Part shown: in pieces, positions 46,386-56,815 of the stretch
Position numbering within the stretch: position 1 is the first letter of the stretch
Layout: every line of letters begins with the position of its first letter
Assembly (NCBI GenBank): GCA_018653365.1
Contig: JABIAG010000003.1
Span: 1 to 64,000 of the forward strand
Length of the DNA: 64,000 nucleotides
Origin: Candidatus Woesearchaeota archaeon
GTDB taxonomy: Archaea; Nanobdellota; Nanobdellia; Woesearchaeales; JABIAG01
Direction of reading: 5' to 3'
Made by a program: the position numbers and the translations under genes
Notes under the pieces: model-generated
What the model was told of the DNA's origin: nothing
Database searches by the model: none
What the model saw: only the letters and a program-made list of their open reading frames with translations

Positions 46386-48569
46386 TTATGAATTTTCAAA
46401 TACTTTTTTTATTTTCGCTGCTTTTTTCTCTCCGATTTTAGATACTTTTTGTAATTCTTCTTCACTAGCATTAACAATGTTTTTTGGACTTCCAAATTTT
46501 TCTAGTAATTCTTTTGCTAATTTGAGTCCAACACTGGGTAGTGATGATATGAAGTATTCTTGTTGTTCTTTTAGTGAGATTCCTCTTTTTGTTGGGTTTG
46601 GTGAGAAGTACCCTTTTTCTTTTTGTTCTCTTTTTGCAATGCTGACTAACAATTCTGTGGTTTCTTTAAAGTTTCGAGAGTTCAAAATTGGTATGCCAAA
46701 ACTTATTGCGATGGTTATTAGCATACCTCTGATTGAATTGGGATGTACTTTTCTCATTGAGTATAGATCTTCTTCTCCCTCTATAATCAAAAGTGGTTTT
46801 TTGAAGTTATATTTTAAATCTTTAATCTGTTCTAGTAGCCGCCCATCAATTAGTGAGTCTACAAAGTCTGGTACGGTTTTTAGTTCAACCCCTATTTCCT
46901 CTCCCAATATGTAGTCAGCTACTTCTAATTGTTTTAACTCAACCTTGATTCCTTTGTCTATCAGTTCTTTTATTGTTTTGCCTGCTTTCTCTCTATGATC
47001 TGCATATATTACAAGTTCTTTTTCAAATTCTTCTAGTTTGGTTTGTTCTTTTTCTTCTTTTAGAATTATCTTGTCTTTCAAATTTTTCAAATTAGTATAC
47101 ATCTTTTTTTCTTTGTGAAATGCGCTCCAGCGGTATGCTTCGTCTCTTGTTCCTTTTGTTACTAGTACGATCACTTTTCCTTTTTCTAGTCTTCCGGTTC
47201 TTCCTTTTCTTTGGATGTGTCTGATTGCAGAGGGTACGGGTTCAAAGAAGATTACCTGGTCTACTTTTGGAATGTCTAGTCCTTCCTCTCCTACGGAGGT
47301 CATTACTATTACGTTGAATTTGCCCTCTCGGAATTCTTGTAACATTTCGATTTGTTTTTTTTGACTTAATCCGGTTCCTGACTTTTTTGCTTGTCCTACA
47401 AAGAGTTTTGCTTCAACATTTTTTATTTTGTTTAGTTCTTCAACAATTTTGGCTGCGTTGTCTCGAAAGTTGTTGAAAATTATTGCTTTTTCTCCAGAGT
47501 CTAGTAATTCAATGAGTGAAACGAGTCTTGCTAATTTTGGGTGTTCTATTCCTTCTTCAATTAGGTTTTTTACTAATATGTTTGCAGATCTGAAGTGTAG
47601 GTCTGCAACTAAATTTTTTGTGGCTTTTGTTTTTGTTTTTTCACTATCTGAAATGAGTTTTTCAAAGTATTTGTTTAGTGCATTCATTCCCTGACTTTCT
47701 AATAGTTCCATTGCATGGTGCATTTTCATTATTTCTGCCAGCACGGATATGCTTTTTAAAATTTCAAAACTTTTTTCTCCTCTTGCTACTTCGCCATGAA
47801 GTTCGCTCATGATTCCGAGTAGTTCTTTTTTACTTATGGTGTTTACTTTTCGTCCAGGTATTGCTCCAAATTCATCTATTCTTTTTGCACGGTCAGCTAG
47901 AAAGTCTTGTAAGTATTTTCTTATTTTTTTGAATTCTTCACTTAGTTCAACTTCAACAAATTCAGTTTCGACTTCTTGAATGTATGGTTTCACATCCGGG
48001 TCTTTTTCTGTTCTTATTTCTATTGCTTCAACGTTGAGGTTGTCACATACTTCTTTGATTTTTTCTGTATCACTTCCAGGGGATGCGGTAAGTCCTAGTA
48101 TTCGGGGATATTTTGCGTGTTTAACATAGTGTTTTGCTAGCCAAGAATATGCATATTCTTTTACTGCTCTATGACATTCGTCAAAGACTAATAATGAAAC
48201 GTCTTGAAAGCTTATTCTGTTTGAGATTACATCATTCTCTAGTCCTTGGGGTGTTGACACTATTATTTGGGTTTTCTTAAATAGTCTGGCTCTCTCTTCA
48301 GGTTTTACCTCTCCCGTAAATAGAACTATTTGATCTTCTGGAACGTCTAGAAATTGTTTGAATGTTTTGACGTGTTGTTCACATAATGGTTTGGTGGGTG
48401 CTAGGATCATTATTTTTGAATTTGGGTAATTGCTTAGTCTTTGTGCAGCAAGCATTACAAACACAATTGATTTTCCCATTCCTGTGGGAAGTACAACCAG
48501 TGTGTTCTTTACCGCACAGGTTGCTAGAATGGTTTCCTGATAGAGTCTTGGTTTAAGATCTTTAATCAT
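46386..48569 (-). CDS. hef: Hef helicase/nuclease (FANCM-like helicase, ERCC4 domain, HhH)
   Basis: PRLYQ, LPTGMGKS, DECH, TASPG, EEGLDIP, QRKGRTGR, then ADY...VELKT and HhH motifs. Confidence 0.95.
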   Translation of the reverse strand: MIKDLKPRLYQETILATCAVKNTLVVLPTGMGKSIVFVMLAAQRLSNYPNSKIMILAPTKPLCEQHVKTFKQFLDVPEDQIVLFTGEVKPEERARLFKKTQIIVSTPQGLENDVISNRISFQDVSLLVFDECHRAVKEYAYSWLAKHYVKHAKYPRILGLTASPGSDTEKIKEVCDNLNVEAIEIRTEKDPDVKPYIQEVETEFVEVELSEEFKKIRKYLQDFLADRAKRIDEFGAIPGRKVNTISKKELLGIMSELHGEVARGEKSFEILKSISVLAEIMKMHHAMELLESQGMNALNKYFEKLISDSEKTKTKATKNLVADLHFRSANILVKNLIEEGIEHPKLARLVSLIELLDSGEKAIIFNNFRDNAAKIVEELNKIKNVEAKLFVGQAKKSGTGLSQKKQIEMLQEFREGKFNVIVMTSVGEEGLDIPKVDQVIFFEPVPSAIRHIQRKGRTGRLEKGKVIVLVTKGTRDEAYRWSAFHKEKKMYTNLKNLKDKIILKEEKEQTKLEEFEKELVIYADHREKAGKTIKELIDKGIKVELKQLEVADYILGEEIGVELKTVPDFVDSLIDGRLLEQIKDLKYNFKKPLLIIEGEEDLYSMRKVHPNSIRGMLITIAISFGIPILNSRNFKETTELLVSIAKREQKEKGYFSPNPTKRGISLKEQQEYFISSLPSVGLKLAKELLEKFGSPKNIVNASEEELQKVSKIGEKKAAKIKKVFENS

Positions 48570-48619
48570 TTAATCTCAATATCAACAACTTTTATATACT
48601 TTTATACTTTCGAAGAATC

Positions 48620-48886
48620 ATGATAGTCAAATTTTTGGGAACTATGGACATTGTTATGGCGTTTCTAATTTTATTACTTCATTTTGGAGTTGGTTATTGG
48701 AGGCTGCCTCTTCTTGTTACTTTATACCTTTTCATTAAGGGTGGAATGTTTTACAAGGATGTTCAGAGTTATGTTGATATGTTTATAGGGGTGTTTGCCT
48801 GGATTATCTTTCTTGGGGCAGCATCATTATTTGATTATATTTTAATGATTTATTTGTTGCAGAAAGGGATTGCTTCGTTCATGTAG
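48620..48886 (+). CDS. Small multi-TM membrane protein
   Basis: 88-aa hydrophobic ORF with an internal repeat (D...LxKG twice). Confidence 0.65.
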   Translation: MIVKFLGTMDIVMAFLILLLHFGVGYWRLPLLVTLYLFIKGGMFYKDVQSYVDMFIGVFAWIIFLGAASLFDYILMIYLLQKGIASFM

Positions 48887-49600
48887 CTACTCCCAATTGT
48901 TCTTAAATACTGTAAAGAATCCAACAAATCCAAGAACTACTCCTGTTAATATTGCATATCCTACGCCTGCATAGAATAATGTTACTGCAAATGCTATTGT
49001 GAATCCAACTGAGAATGCAAAGTTGTAAAAGCTTCCAAAGAATAGGTGCATTCCATCATATCTTGGTGCAGGTATTAATGAGAATGCTGCAATTAGTATG
49101 TTTGCAATTACAAATTTATAGACTATTGGGTTAGCTATGAATGCCCCAAATATTGCTGCGAGTATAATGTTGGCTAATATTCCAAAGTTTGCCATGTAGC
49201 CATACTCTCTTACATAAGGTCTGTATCTCCATTTTCCAACACGAGATTTCATTTTTACTTTTGGCATTAGGTATCCTGGTGCTAGTATGAATGCAAATCC
49301 GTTAGTTAAGACTGCCAAGAATAGTCCTATGCCTAGTGCTGGAAAGTTCGCATGGTATTTTGTTTCCATCCCTTTCCATATTGCGTAAAACTTTTCTCCG
49401 CAAAAGTGTACAAAGATTGCGATGAATGCCATGATGCTCATTATGATCATGTTTTCTATTCCTGCATTTACGTCGATTGTTTTTCCGTCTCCCCACATTC
49501 TGAACGATAGAATTAGTCCTGAGAGTATTGCAATTATTGCAAATGTTCCTATTTCTTTAGAACTAAAGTGAAACTCTTTTTTAAGTCTTCTATGCAGCAT
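48887..49600 (-). CDS. Site-2 protease (M50)-like membrane protein with degenerate active site
   Basis: VHFCGEK at the HExxH position; SLIPAPRYDG at the NxxPxxxxDG position. Confidence 0.7.
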   Translation of the reverse strand: MLHRRLKKEFHFSSKEIGTFAIIAILSGLILSFRMWGDGKTIDVNAGIENMIIMSIMAFIAIFVHFCGEKFYAIWKGMETKYHANFPALGIGLFLAVLTNGFAFILAPGYLMPKVKMKSRVGKWRYRPYVREYGYMANFGILANIILAAIFGAFIANPIVYKFVIANILIAAFSLIPAPRYDGMHLFFGSFYNFAFSVGFTIAFAVTLFYAGVGYAILTGVVLGFVGFFTVFKNNWE

Positions 49601-49648
49601 ATTCTTATTATTGAGAAATGTTTATTTAAATGTTGCTTTTTAGGATGT

Positions 49649-50314
49649 TTACTCAAACTTTCTTTTAATCATATCTAATACTTCTTCTTCATGTCCTGCT
49701 CCAATTACTGCAAATATTTTAGAATCTGGGTTTTGTTTTATTATGTGTGCTATGTTTCGTGCTAGAACAACATTTCTTTCAACTACTAATACTTTATACA
49801 CATTAGGATACTTGCCCTTGACTTCATCAATGAGTGTTTTAATTAGGTCTTTATCTGGTACTGAATTTAGATTAAATTTGATTTTTTTCTTTCTAAATGG
49901 GGCACTAACCAGATCCCATACAAATTGGAATTTTTCTTTCCAAGTTAATTCTTTAGAAAATCGTTTTAGTGTAATCATAATGTCTTGATCAACTAGGGCC
50001 ATCTTAATCTTATTTTTTTCACACTCTTTTATTGCTGCCATCATTTCTGCGCCAGGGGTTGTTCCTACCATTTTTCCCAGTTTCTTTTCAGCCCAGCCTC
50101 CCAGTAATACAAACAGCCAGCCTTTCAATCCTATGCTTCGAATATCTTTTAGTGTGGTTTTCCTTTTTCCAACTTTTAGAGCTACAAATCTTCGTTTATC
50201 TAGTTCTAAACAAACTATGTCTGGTTTGTCTTCTTTTATGATCTTCTTAACTTTGTTTATGGATTCTTTTGATATGTGTGATGTTCCAAGTATTGTAAGA
50301 TTTTTCGTTTCCAT
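49649..50314 (-). CDS. TraB/PrgY family protein
   Basis: LGTSHIS, CLELDKRR, PGAEM, ERN, IGAGH. Confidence 0.92.
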   Translation of the reverse strand: METKNLTILGTSHISKESINKVKKIIKEDKPDIVCLELDKRRFVALKVGKRKTTLKDIRSIGLKGWLFVLLGGWAEKKLGKMVGTTPGAEMMAAIKECEKNKIKMALVDQDIMITLKRFSKELTWKEKFQFVWDLVSAPFRKKKIKFNLNSVPDKDLIKTLIDEVKGKYPNVYKVLVVERNVVLARNIAHIIKQNPDSKIFAVIGAGHEEEVLDMIKRKFE

Positions 50315-50365
50315 ATTGTTCTCTAATTTAGTAATATTTATAAATGATTTTGTTTGTTTTTAAGT

Positions 50366-50782
50366 ATGGTTGGTGTTGAAACTAAAGGTGTTGAAGAGAT
50401 AATTAGTTTGCCCGATTCCGAGTATTTGGATTATCTGGAAAAGTTAGCAAGAGGGATTCGAACTATTTTAAGAGAAAAGGATAAAATGTTGGAGGTCCAA
50501 AATTTAGCAGCTCACGCTACTGAAGATGCGGTTAAGGTAAGTTCTAAATTGGGTTCTTTATTTGAAGAGGTTTATCAAAAAGCATTTAGCATAAATCAAC
50601 AGTTGGGAGTAGCTAACCAGCATAAGGGAGCAGATGTCCATCCTTATTGGAAATATTATGAAGATGATGTCGAATTTATTGATGCAAAAGTTGAAGATAT
50701 TCTGGATATAATTTCTGAGATTAAAAGAGATGAAAAGAAAATTGAAAGGTTGGCGGAAGATATTCGTAAGCTTGCAACTTAG
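50366..50782 (+). CDS. Hypothetical helical/coiled-coil protein
   Basis: Fills the intergenic gap; TTTATAAA about 22 nt upstream of ATG 50366. Confidence 0.6.
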   Translation: MVGVETKGVEEIISLPDSEYLDYLEKLARGIRTILREKDKMLEVQNLAAHATEDAVKVSSKLGSLFEEVYQKAFSINQQLGVANQHKGADVHPYWKYYEDDVEFIDAKVEDILDIISEIKRDEKKIERLAEDIRKLAT

Positions 50783-50879
50783 CTAGTTAAGTTGTATCTA
50801 ATTGTTGTCTTAAATCATCAAAAGATTTATAAAGTACATAAATTATAAACTAGTATACTTATTTAGGGAGGGAATTACA

Positions 50880-51158
50880 ATGCTGAAACTTAAACGGGTC
50901 TCTGAAATGTATGAAATGAGAGTTTATACAGATGGAGGCGAATATTTCGGAGATGTTGAAGAATTAGTTTTAACTAAAACTAAGGTTAGTATGTGGAGAA
51001 TTAAGGCCACAAAAAATTCATTTCTTAGTAATGTTCTTGGTGGTGCTAAAGGTGTTTTGGTTCCACATAATCTCGTGAAAAGTATTGGTGATATTGTTAT
51101 AATCTCAAGATCTGCTATTCCTAATTTCGGTGGCGAAAAAGAAGAAGCAGAAGCTTAA
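50880..51158 (+). CDS. PRC-barrel protein (CdpB-like)
   Basis: VYTDGGEYFGDVEE...VLVPHNLVKSIGDIVII; GGAGGG SD. Confidence 0.88.
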   Translation: MLKLKRVSEMYEMRVYTDGGEYFGDVEELVLTKTKVSMWRIKATKNSFLSNVLGGAKGVLVPHNLVKSIGDIVIISRSAIPNFGGEKEEAEA

Positions 51159-51194
51159 TTTTTTTATTTTTAGTAATATTTAGAATTTTGTTGT

Positions 51195-51704
51195 TCAAGC
51201 ATTACTTTCTAATTTTTTTATGTTTGTTTTTAATCGCTCGATGGTTTTTGTGTTGTCTTGTTGATTCAGCAGACTGCCACATTCAGGGCATTTGAATTCG
51301 TGTTCTGTTGCGGTGTAGAATTCCATTCTTACGCATGCTTGTGGGCACATAAAGTAGTTGCCCTCATTTTCTTCTTCTTTTTCTAATCTTTCTTTGAATT
51401 TGACTAATTTTTTGTTTTTTAGGATTTCTACGAGTTCTAGTACTCTTTTCAGTGCAGGTGTCCAGTAGCTTATGTACCACCCTTTTTCTTTATCTTTCTT
51501 TCTTCTATATGTTACCAGGCTTTCATTATGTAATCTGTATAATATATTGCGAACTGCATGTATTTCTGTTTTTGTATCGTCTGCAATTTTAAACTCAGAA
51601 ATGTCTTTTCGCGTTTTTAAATAGAAGTATATGGGTAGCGCATCTTCGCCGACTGCTTCTGCAACGACGTCAGTTATCAGTTTTTTTGTTAGGGACTTCG
51701 CCAT
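51195..51704 (-). CDS. tfe: Transcription factor E alpha
   Basis: Winged helix VRNILYRL...KGWYISYW and Zn ribbon FKCPECG. Confidence 0.92.
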   Translation of the reverse strand: MAKSLTKKLITDVVAEAVGEDALPIYFYLKTRKDISEFKIADDTKTEIHAVRNILYRLHNESLVTYRRKKDKEKGWYISYWTPALKRVLELVEILKNKKLVKFKERLEKEEENEGNYFMCPQACVRMEFYTATEHEFKCPECGSLLNQQDNTKTIERLKTNIKKLESNA

Positions 51705-51909
51705 TTATCTCCTCAATCATTTTATCGATTTGTGCATCATCCATTCCATGCATTTTACATCCTTGCTCTACACTTTCTACTTTTGCCATCATGCAACCCA
51801 TGCAATGTAGGCCATTATTTTGTAATATTTCGGTAGATTGGGGGAATTTTTCAATTAGTTCGAAGAATGACATTCCCTTATTTGCTTTGATTTTTGGTTC
51901 GTTTTCCAT
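51670..51909 (-). CDS. DUF1858 domain protein (CxxC, HG)
   Basis: GLHCMGCMMAKVESVEQGCKMHG. Confidence 0.85.
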   Translation of the reverse strand: MENEPKIKANKGMSFFELIEKFPQSTEILQNNGLHCMGCMMAKVESVEQGCKMHGMDDAQIDKMIEEINGEVPNKKTDN

Positions 51910-52021
51910 AAGATCACCTGTATTTCCTTATTTTTATCATTTATATGTTTTACTAATTAGTTTACTGGATAGAAAGGCTTATAAAGATATCGGGTGATTC
52001 ACTACTCTTAAGAAGAAACAC

Positions 52022-52768
52022 TTAATTATTCTCAACACGCGGAGCCAATATAAATGATAGTTGTACCTTATCCACCTCTTGAAATGTTAGTTTCATTGGG
52101 TATTCTTTATCAAAAAGGAGTGTAACTCTGTCAGAAAGTTTACTCCCACCAATTATTTTTTTGAAGTATTCAATAGAGTATTTAGCTTTAACAGGATCAG
52201 TTTCATCGTTTGTTATGATTGTTTTTTTGTCTGACTCAATTTCTACTTGAGCTTTTGATAAATTTCCTTCTCCTTTTAGTATTAATTTTTTTTGTTCGCA
52301 AATTAGTGTTACTGATTCTGAAACAACTCCTATGTCTTCTATTGCTTCACTTATTACTTCTGCATCTGTTTCTATTATTACTGGGAATGCTAGTTCGGGT
52401 ACTTTTTGTTCTTTGTCTTCTAGTTCCATTACGGGTATTGAGAAGCTTCTTGTTGTTTTTGATTTTAGTATAACTGTTAACTTGTTATCCTCTCCGAATT
52501 CTAATGTTACTGCGTCTGTTGGTTTGGCTCGTCTTAGTACTTGTCTTAGGTTAGTTAGATTAATGCCAATCTCAGTCTCCTTTTTAATGTTATATTCAAC
52601 AAAACAACTAGAAAGCAGTTTAAAAACTACCATTGCTACATTAGCGGGATCCATTGCAATCATCTCGATTCCATTAGAAGTTACCTTGAATTTTGCTTCA
52701 TTAACTAGTTCTGAGATGATGCTAATACTTTCTTTTAGATATTTTGGTTCTGCTAAAGTTAATTTCAT
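52022..52768 (-). CDS. pcn: PCNA sliding clamp
   Basis: AMDPANVAMV, KYSIEY, FILAPRVE. Confidence 0.97.
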   Translation of the reverse strand: MKLTLAEPKYLKESISIISELVNEAKFKVTSNGIEMIAMDPANVAMVVFKLLSSCFVEYNIKKETEIGINLTNLRQVLRRAKPTDAVTLEFGEDNKLTVILKSKTTRSFSIPVMELEDKEQKVPELAFPVIIETDAEVISEAIEDIGVVSESVTLICEQKKLILKGEGNLSKAQVEIESDKKTIITNDETDPVKAKYSIEYFKKIIGGSKLSDRVTLLFDKEYPMKLTFQEVDKVQLSFILAPRVENN

Positions 52769-52818
52769 ATTTCCCCCTAATATAAAAAAACGATAATACT
52801 TTATAAATTTTTATAGTG

Positions 52819-54144
52819 TCAATTAAACTTAACACTTTCTCCATCATGTAACAAATGTACTTGTTTTTCTTCATATCCCATCGCTAGACATATTTCACGC
52901 ATTCCCTGCTTCATTGATTCATCTCCGTGTGCAGGAATTACATTTTTAGGTTTTACCATTAATAATAAATCTTTCAAATCCTCTTTTGCTGCGTGTCCAG
53001 ATACGTGGATATCTTTGAACATTCTTATTCCAGTTCTTTTCAACTTCTCTTCAAGTACTTTTCTTCCCTCGATTGTTAGGGGGGATGGAATCGTTTTACA
53101 TGAAAATATTACAAAGTCTTCTGAATCAAATCTGAATGGTGTTTCTCCATTGGCCATTCTTGATAGTATTGCTTTTGGTTCTCCTTGATGCCCCGTTACA
53201 ACTAAAATGTATTTTTCTTTGCCTTCTTTCATTACAGTTCTCAATTTGTTATATATCTTGCCTCTAAATCTTATTACTTCTGCATCTTTTGAAAAATCAA
53301 TAATCCCTACTTTTTCTGCAGCTTTGATATATTTGTTTAATGACCTTCCTAAAAACAATAACTTCCGACCAGTTTTTTTAGAAAACTGCACTATCGAATT
53401 AAGTCTGGCAATATGTGAAGAAAACGTTGTAATAATAATCGCTTTTTCATGAGAATAACTCCCTAACATAATATCTTTTAACATTTGTTTTGCAACACTT
53501 TCTGAGGGCATTTTTCTTTCATCCCTGGAATAGGTAGAGTCAACAATAACTGCTACAACATTCTCTAATTCTTCTAACCGTTTGAAGTTGGGTTTCTTCC
53601 CTAATGTGGGATAAAGATCAAATTTGAAATCATTTGCATATAGTACGGTTCCATATTTTGTGTGTATAGCCACCATTGCAGTTTGAGGTGTTGAATGTGT
53701 TACATTAATGAATTCTATTGTTATGTTTTCGCTAACTTTGAATGAAGAGTTGGGATGTATGCTTCTTATGTTATTGTTGATTTTTATTTTTTCATCTCGT
53801 AAGATTGTTTTGATGACTTCTGCTGTAAATGGCGTACAGACAATGTCTGCGTTAAATTCATTTGCTAAGTAAGGAATTGCTCCCACATGGTCTAAATGGG
53901 CATGGGTGGGTATTATTGCTTTTACTTGACCTTTAATGTCTTCAATATTTTTAGTGTTGGGTATTGCTTCAACCCTTTTTAGATCTTCAGGGGATACGTT
54001 AATAAGATCTTCATCTTCTGTAAACTTAATATAATTTTCTAGATGTATTCCCATGTCGCAGATTACTACTTCATCATCTACTTTTATGGCGGTCATGTTT
54101 TTCCCAACATAGTCAAATCCACTTACTGCTATAATCTGTATCAT
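52819..54144 (-). CDS. rnj: Ribonuclease J (beta-CASP)
   Basis: THAHLDH, THS, TGHQGEP, HVSGHA, IPAHG. Confidence 0.94.
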   Translation of the reverse strand: MIQIIAVSGFDYVGKNMTAIKVDDEVVICDMGIHLENYIKFTEDEDLINVSPEDLKRVEAIPNTKNIEDIKGQVKAIIPTHAHLDHVGAIPYLANEFNADIVCTPFTAEVIKTILRDEKIKINNNIRSIHPNSSFKVSENITIEFINVTHSTPQTAMVAIHTKYGTVLYANDFKFDLYPTLGKKPNFKRLEELENVVAVIVDSTYSRDERKMPSESVAKQMLKDIMLGSYSHEKAIIITTFSSHIARLNSIVQFSKKTGRKLLFLGRSLNKYIKAAEKVGIIDFSKDAEVIRFRGKIYNKLRTVMKEGKEKYILVVTGHQGEPKAILSRMANGETPFRFDSEDFVIFSCKTIPSPLTIEGRKVLEEKLKRTGIRMFKDIHVSGHAAKEDLKDLLLMVKPKNVIPAHGDESMKQGMREICLAMGYEEKQVHLLHDGESVKFN

Positions 54145-54911
54145 TTAAACAACCTCATATAGTTCAAGAATATATTGTTTGCGGTTTCTTTTTCGTCAAA
54201 TCCTTTTATTTTTGCTATTTCTTTTATTGTAACTGTTATGTTTGCGGGTTCATTTGGTTCTCCCTTAATTGGGCTTAGAAATGGCCCGTCGGTTTCTGTT
54301 AGTAACTGATTAATATTAACCTCTTTCACCATGCTTTGAAAATTAGATGCACGATTAACATTTGTTGGAATAGTAAAATAATATCCTCTCAAAGCCCCCT
54401 CTTTCACTAGATTTTTGTTTCCGCAAAAGCAGTGCATTACAACCTTTTTAGCATTTTCGCGTTCAAGTATTTCTAAAACTTCTTTTTCTGCTTTTCGTGA
54501 GTGTACAATTAGTGGTTTATTAAGTTCTTTGGCTAATTTAATCATTTTAACAAATAATTTTTCTTGTTCTTTTTGATTAATATTTTCTGAACTAAAATCC
54601 AGTCCCACTTCTCCAATACCCATAATGTCCTTTTGATGTTTTTTAATGAATGCAATCTCTTCTTCAACATCACACTCCTTAAACGCTTTCCCTGATGCTT
54701 CATACTCTTTTTTCAGAGCATCTTTTGGGTAAATTCCTAAAGAACATTCAACAATTTCATATTCTTTTTTCAATTCAAGTGCTTTTCTATTTGTTTCATG
54801 ATCAATTCCAGAAGTAATAATCTTCTTAACACCGCTCTCTTTCGCTCTTATAATTGCATGATCTAAATCATTTAACAATTCTAGATGATTGTGTACGTCT
54901 ACTAGTTCCAT
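54141..54911 (-). CDS. tatD: TatD family nuclease
   Basis: DVHNH, IGEVGLD, VHSR, MHCF, TETDGP. Confidence 0.93.
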   Translation of the reverse strand: MELVDVHNHLELLNDLDHAIIRAKESGVKKIITSGIDHETNRKALELKKEYEIVECSLGIYPKDALKKEYEASGKAFKECDVEEEIAFIKKHQKDIMGIGEVGLDFSSENINQKEQEKLFVKMIKLAKELNKPLIVHSRKAEKEVLEILERENAKKVVMHCFCGNKNLVKEGALRGYYFTIPTNVNRASNFQSMVKEVNINQLLTETDGPFLSPIKGEPNEPANITVTIKEIAKIKGFDEKETANNIFLNYMRLFK

Positions 54912-54976
54912 TAATCTTAGAATAACAAAAACCTTTAAAAATGTTCCTCCCATTCTTTGTTTTGGAGGTAATTATA

Positions 54977-55150
54977 ATGGTAAAAGATAGCAAATTCCTT
55001 AAAATTCGTTGTACTAAATGCAATAATGAACAAAATACTTTTGGTAAGGCCTCAACACCTGTCAAATGTTTAGTTTGTGGAGAACCCCTGGTTGATCCAA
55101 AAGGTGGTAAAGGTAAGATTAGAGCTAGAATTTTAGAGGTATTAAACTAA
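54977..55150 (+). CDS. rps27e: 30S ribosomal protein eS27
   Basis: SKFLKIRCTKC...CLVCG...PKGGK. Confidence 0.96.
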   Translation: MVKDSKFLKIRCTKCNNEQNTFGKASTPVKCLVCGEPLVDPKGGKGKIRARILEVLN

Positions 55151-55920
55151 TGTTGCTTAAGAAAAAGGGGTTTCCTGAAGAAGACATTTTAGTTTTGGTT
55201 AATGTTACTAAGGTTAATCCTAACTCTGTTTTCGTTACGCTAGATCATTATGAAGGTCGTACTGGTCTGATTCACATTTCTGAGATTAGTCCAGGTAGAA
55301 TTCGTAACATTCGTGATTACGTTGTTGAAGGAAAAAAGATTGTTTGTAAAATTTTAAGAGTTGATAAAGAAAAAGGCCATATTGATGTTAGTTTAAGAAG
55401 AGTTACTGAGATTCAGAAAAGAAATTTCTTGAATGACCTTAAACAAGAACAAAAAGCTGAAAAACTTTTACAATTTTTTGCTGAACAAAATAAACTCCCT
55501 GCAGCAGATTTAACTAATATGTTTTCTAAAATTGGAGTGGAATACAATTTTGTTTTTGATTTTTTTCGAGATGTTGTTGATAATGTGGTTAAAGTTGAAG
55601 ATACAATTAACCTCCCTATTGCTAAGAAATTAGAAGAGTTTATACGAGAAAAAATTCAACCAGAAGAAGCTATTGTTAAAGGAAAATTAAAAGTTTCTTT
55701 TTTTAATTCTGATGGCGTTTCTGAAATCAAGTCTCTTTTCAAAGAAGTTCTGGATGATCAAACAGTTGTAAGATATCTTGGAGCTGGAGCTTACTCTTTT
55801 GAGGTTAAAGACAAAGAGTTTAAAGATGCTGAAAAATTACTTAAACAAAAGTTAAATAAAGTTGAGAGCTTTGTTGAGAAAAGAAAAGGTGTTTTTTCGT
55901 TTGAAAGGATCGAAGCATGA
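55150..55920 (+). CDS. eif2a: Translation initiation factor aIF2 alpha
   Basis: S1 domain GLIHISEIS...KGHIDVSLRRV; YLGAGAY. Confidence 0.95.
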   Translation: MLLKKKGFPEEDILVLVNVTKVNPNSVFVTLDHYEGRTGLIHISEISPGRIRNIRDYVVEGKKIVCKILRVDKEKGHIDVSLRRVTEIQKRNFLNDLKQEQKAEKLLQFFAEQNKLPAADLTNMFSKIGVEYNFVFDFFRDVVDNVVKVEDTINLPIAKKLEEFIREKIQPEEAIVKGKLKVSFFNSDGVSEIKSLFKEVLDDQTVVRYLGAGAYSFEVKDKEFKDAEKLLKQKLNKVESFVEKRKGVFSFERIEA

Positions 55921-56069
55921 ATCATATAATGAAATGTTCAAAATGTGGCAAATACACGCTTGAAGCTTCTTGTTGTAGTAAAAAAACAGTTTCACCACGC
56001 CCTCCCAAATATTCTCCTGAAGATAAATATGCTGATTATAGAAGAAAGTATAAGGAGTTGAATGCATGA
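55917..56069 (+). CDS. nop10: H/ACA RNP protein Nop10 (50 aa, below the ORF-track cutoff)
   Basis: MNHIMKCSKCGKYTL...PPKYSPEDKYADYRR; canonical position between eif2a and PAC2. Confidence 0.93.
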   Translation: MNHIMKCSKCGKYTLEASCCSKKTVSPRPPKYSPEDKYADYRRKYKELNA

Positions 56070-56815
56070 CTTGGAAAGTTATTAAAAAGCTTAAAGAAAA
56101 ACCTAAGAATAGTGTTTTGTTAGTTGGTCTTCCAGGAATTGGTAATGTGGGTAAGATTAGTGTTGATTTTTTGATTGAGGAACTGAAGGCTAAGAAACTG
56201 ATTGATTTTTTTTCTAACTCTTTTCCAAATTCTGTTTTTGTTAATGAAAAAAACTTGATTGAACTTCCTTTAATTTCTCTTTATTACAAAAAAAGGCAGA
56301 ACAAAAAAGACTTGTTATTACTTACTGGAGATATTCAACCTCCTGATGAAAAAACTTGTTATGATTTTTGTGGTATAATTAATCATCTTTCTAAAGAGCT
56401 TGATATTAAACAGGTTATTACTTTGGCAGGGATTGGGTTAAAAGAAGAGCCTAAAAAGCCTAATTTGTTTGCTACTGGTAACAATTCAAAAGTAATTCAA
56501 ACATTTTGTAAAAAGCACAAGGTTAGCAAGGATGTTTATGGTACTGTTGGTCCAATTATTGGGGTAAGTGGAGTTCTACCTGCGGTAACAAAGATCCCCT
56601 CTCTTATTTTTTTAACAGAGACTTTTGGCCATCCGTTTTATGTGGGAATTAATGGTTCTAAAGCATTGTTAGACGTTCTTAATAAGGAGTTTAGTCTTAA
56701 TGTTAAGGTTGATAAACTTCTAAAAGAAGTTAAAAGTATTGAAGAAGATTCTTTAGAAAAAACTAATAAGCTTAAAGAAGTTTCTAATAATAAAGCAGAT
56801 AATTATATTGGTTAA
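56066..56815 (+). CDS. PAC2-family proteasome assembly chaperone-like protein
   Basis: GLPGIGNVGK, GDIQP, PIIGVSG; canonical position. Confidence 0.9.
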   Translation: MTWKVIKKLKEKPKNSVLLVGLPGIGNVGKISVDFLIEELKAKKLIDFFSNSFPNSVFVNEKNLIELPLISLYYKKRQNKKDLLLLTGDIQPPDEKTCYDFCGIINHLSKELDIKQVITLAGIGLKEEPKKPNLFATGNNSKVIQTFCKKHKVSKDVYGTVGPIIGVSGVLPAVTKIPSLIFLTETFGHPFYVGINGSKALLDVLNKEFSLNVKVDKLLKEVKSIEEDSLEKTNKLKEVSNNKADNYIG

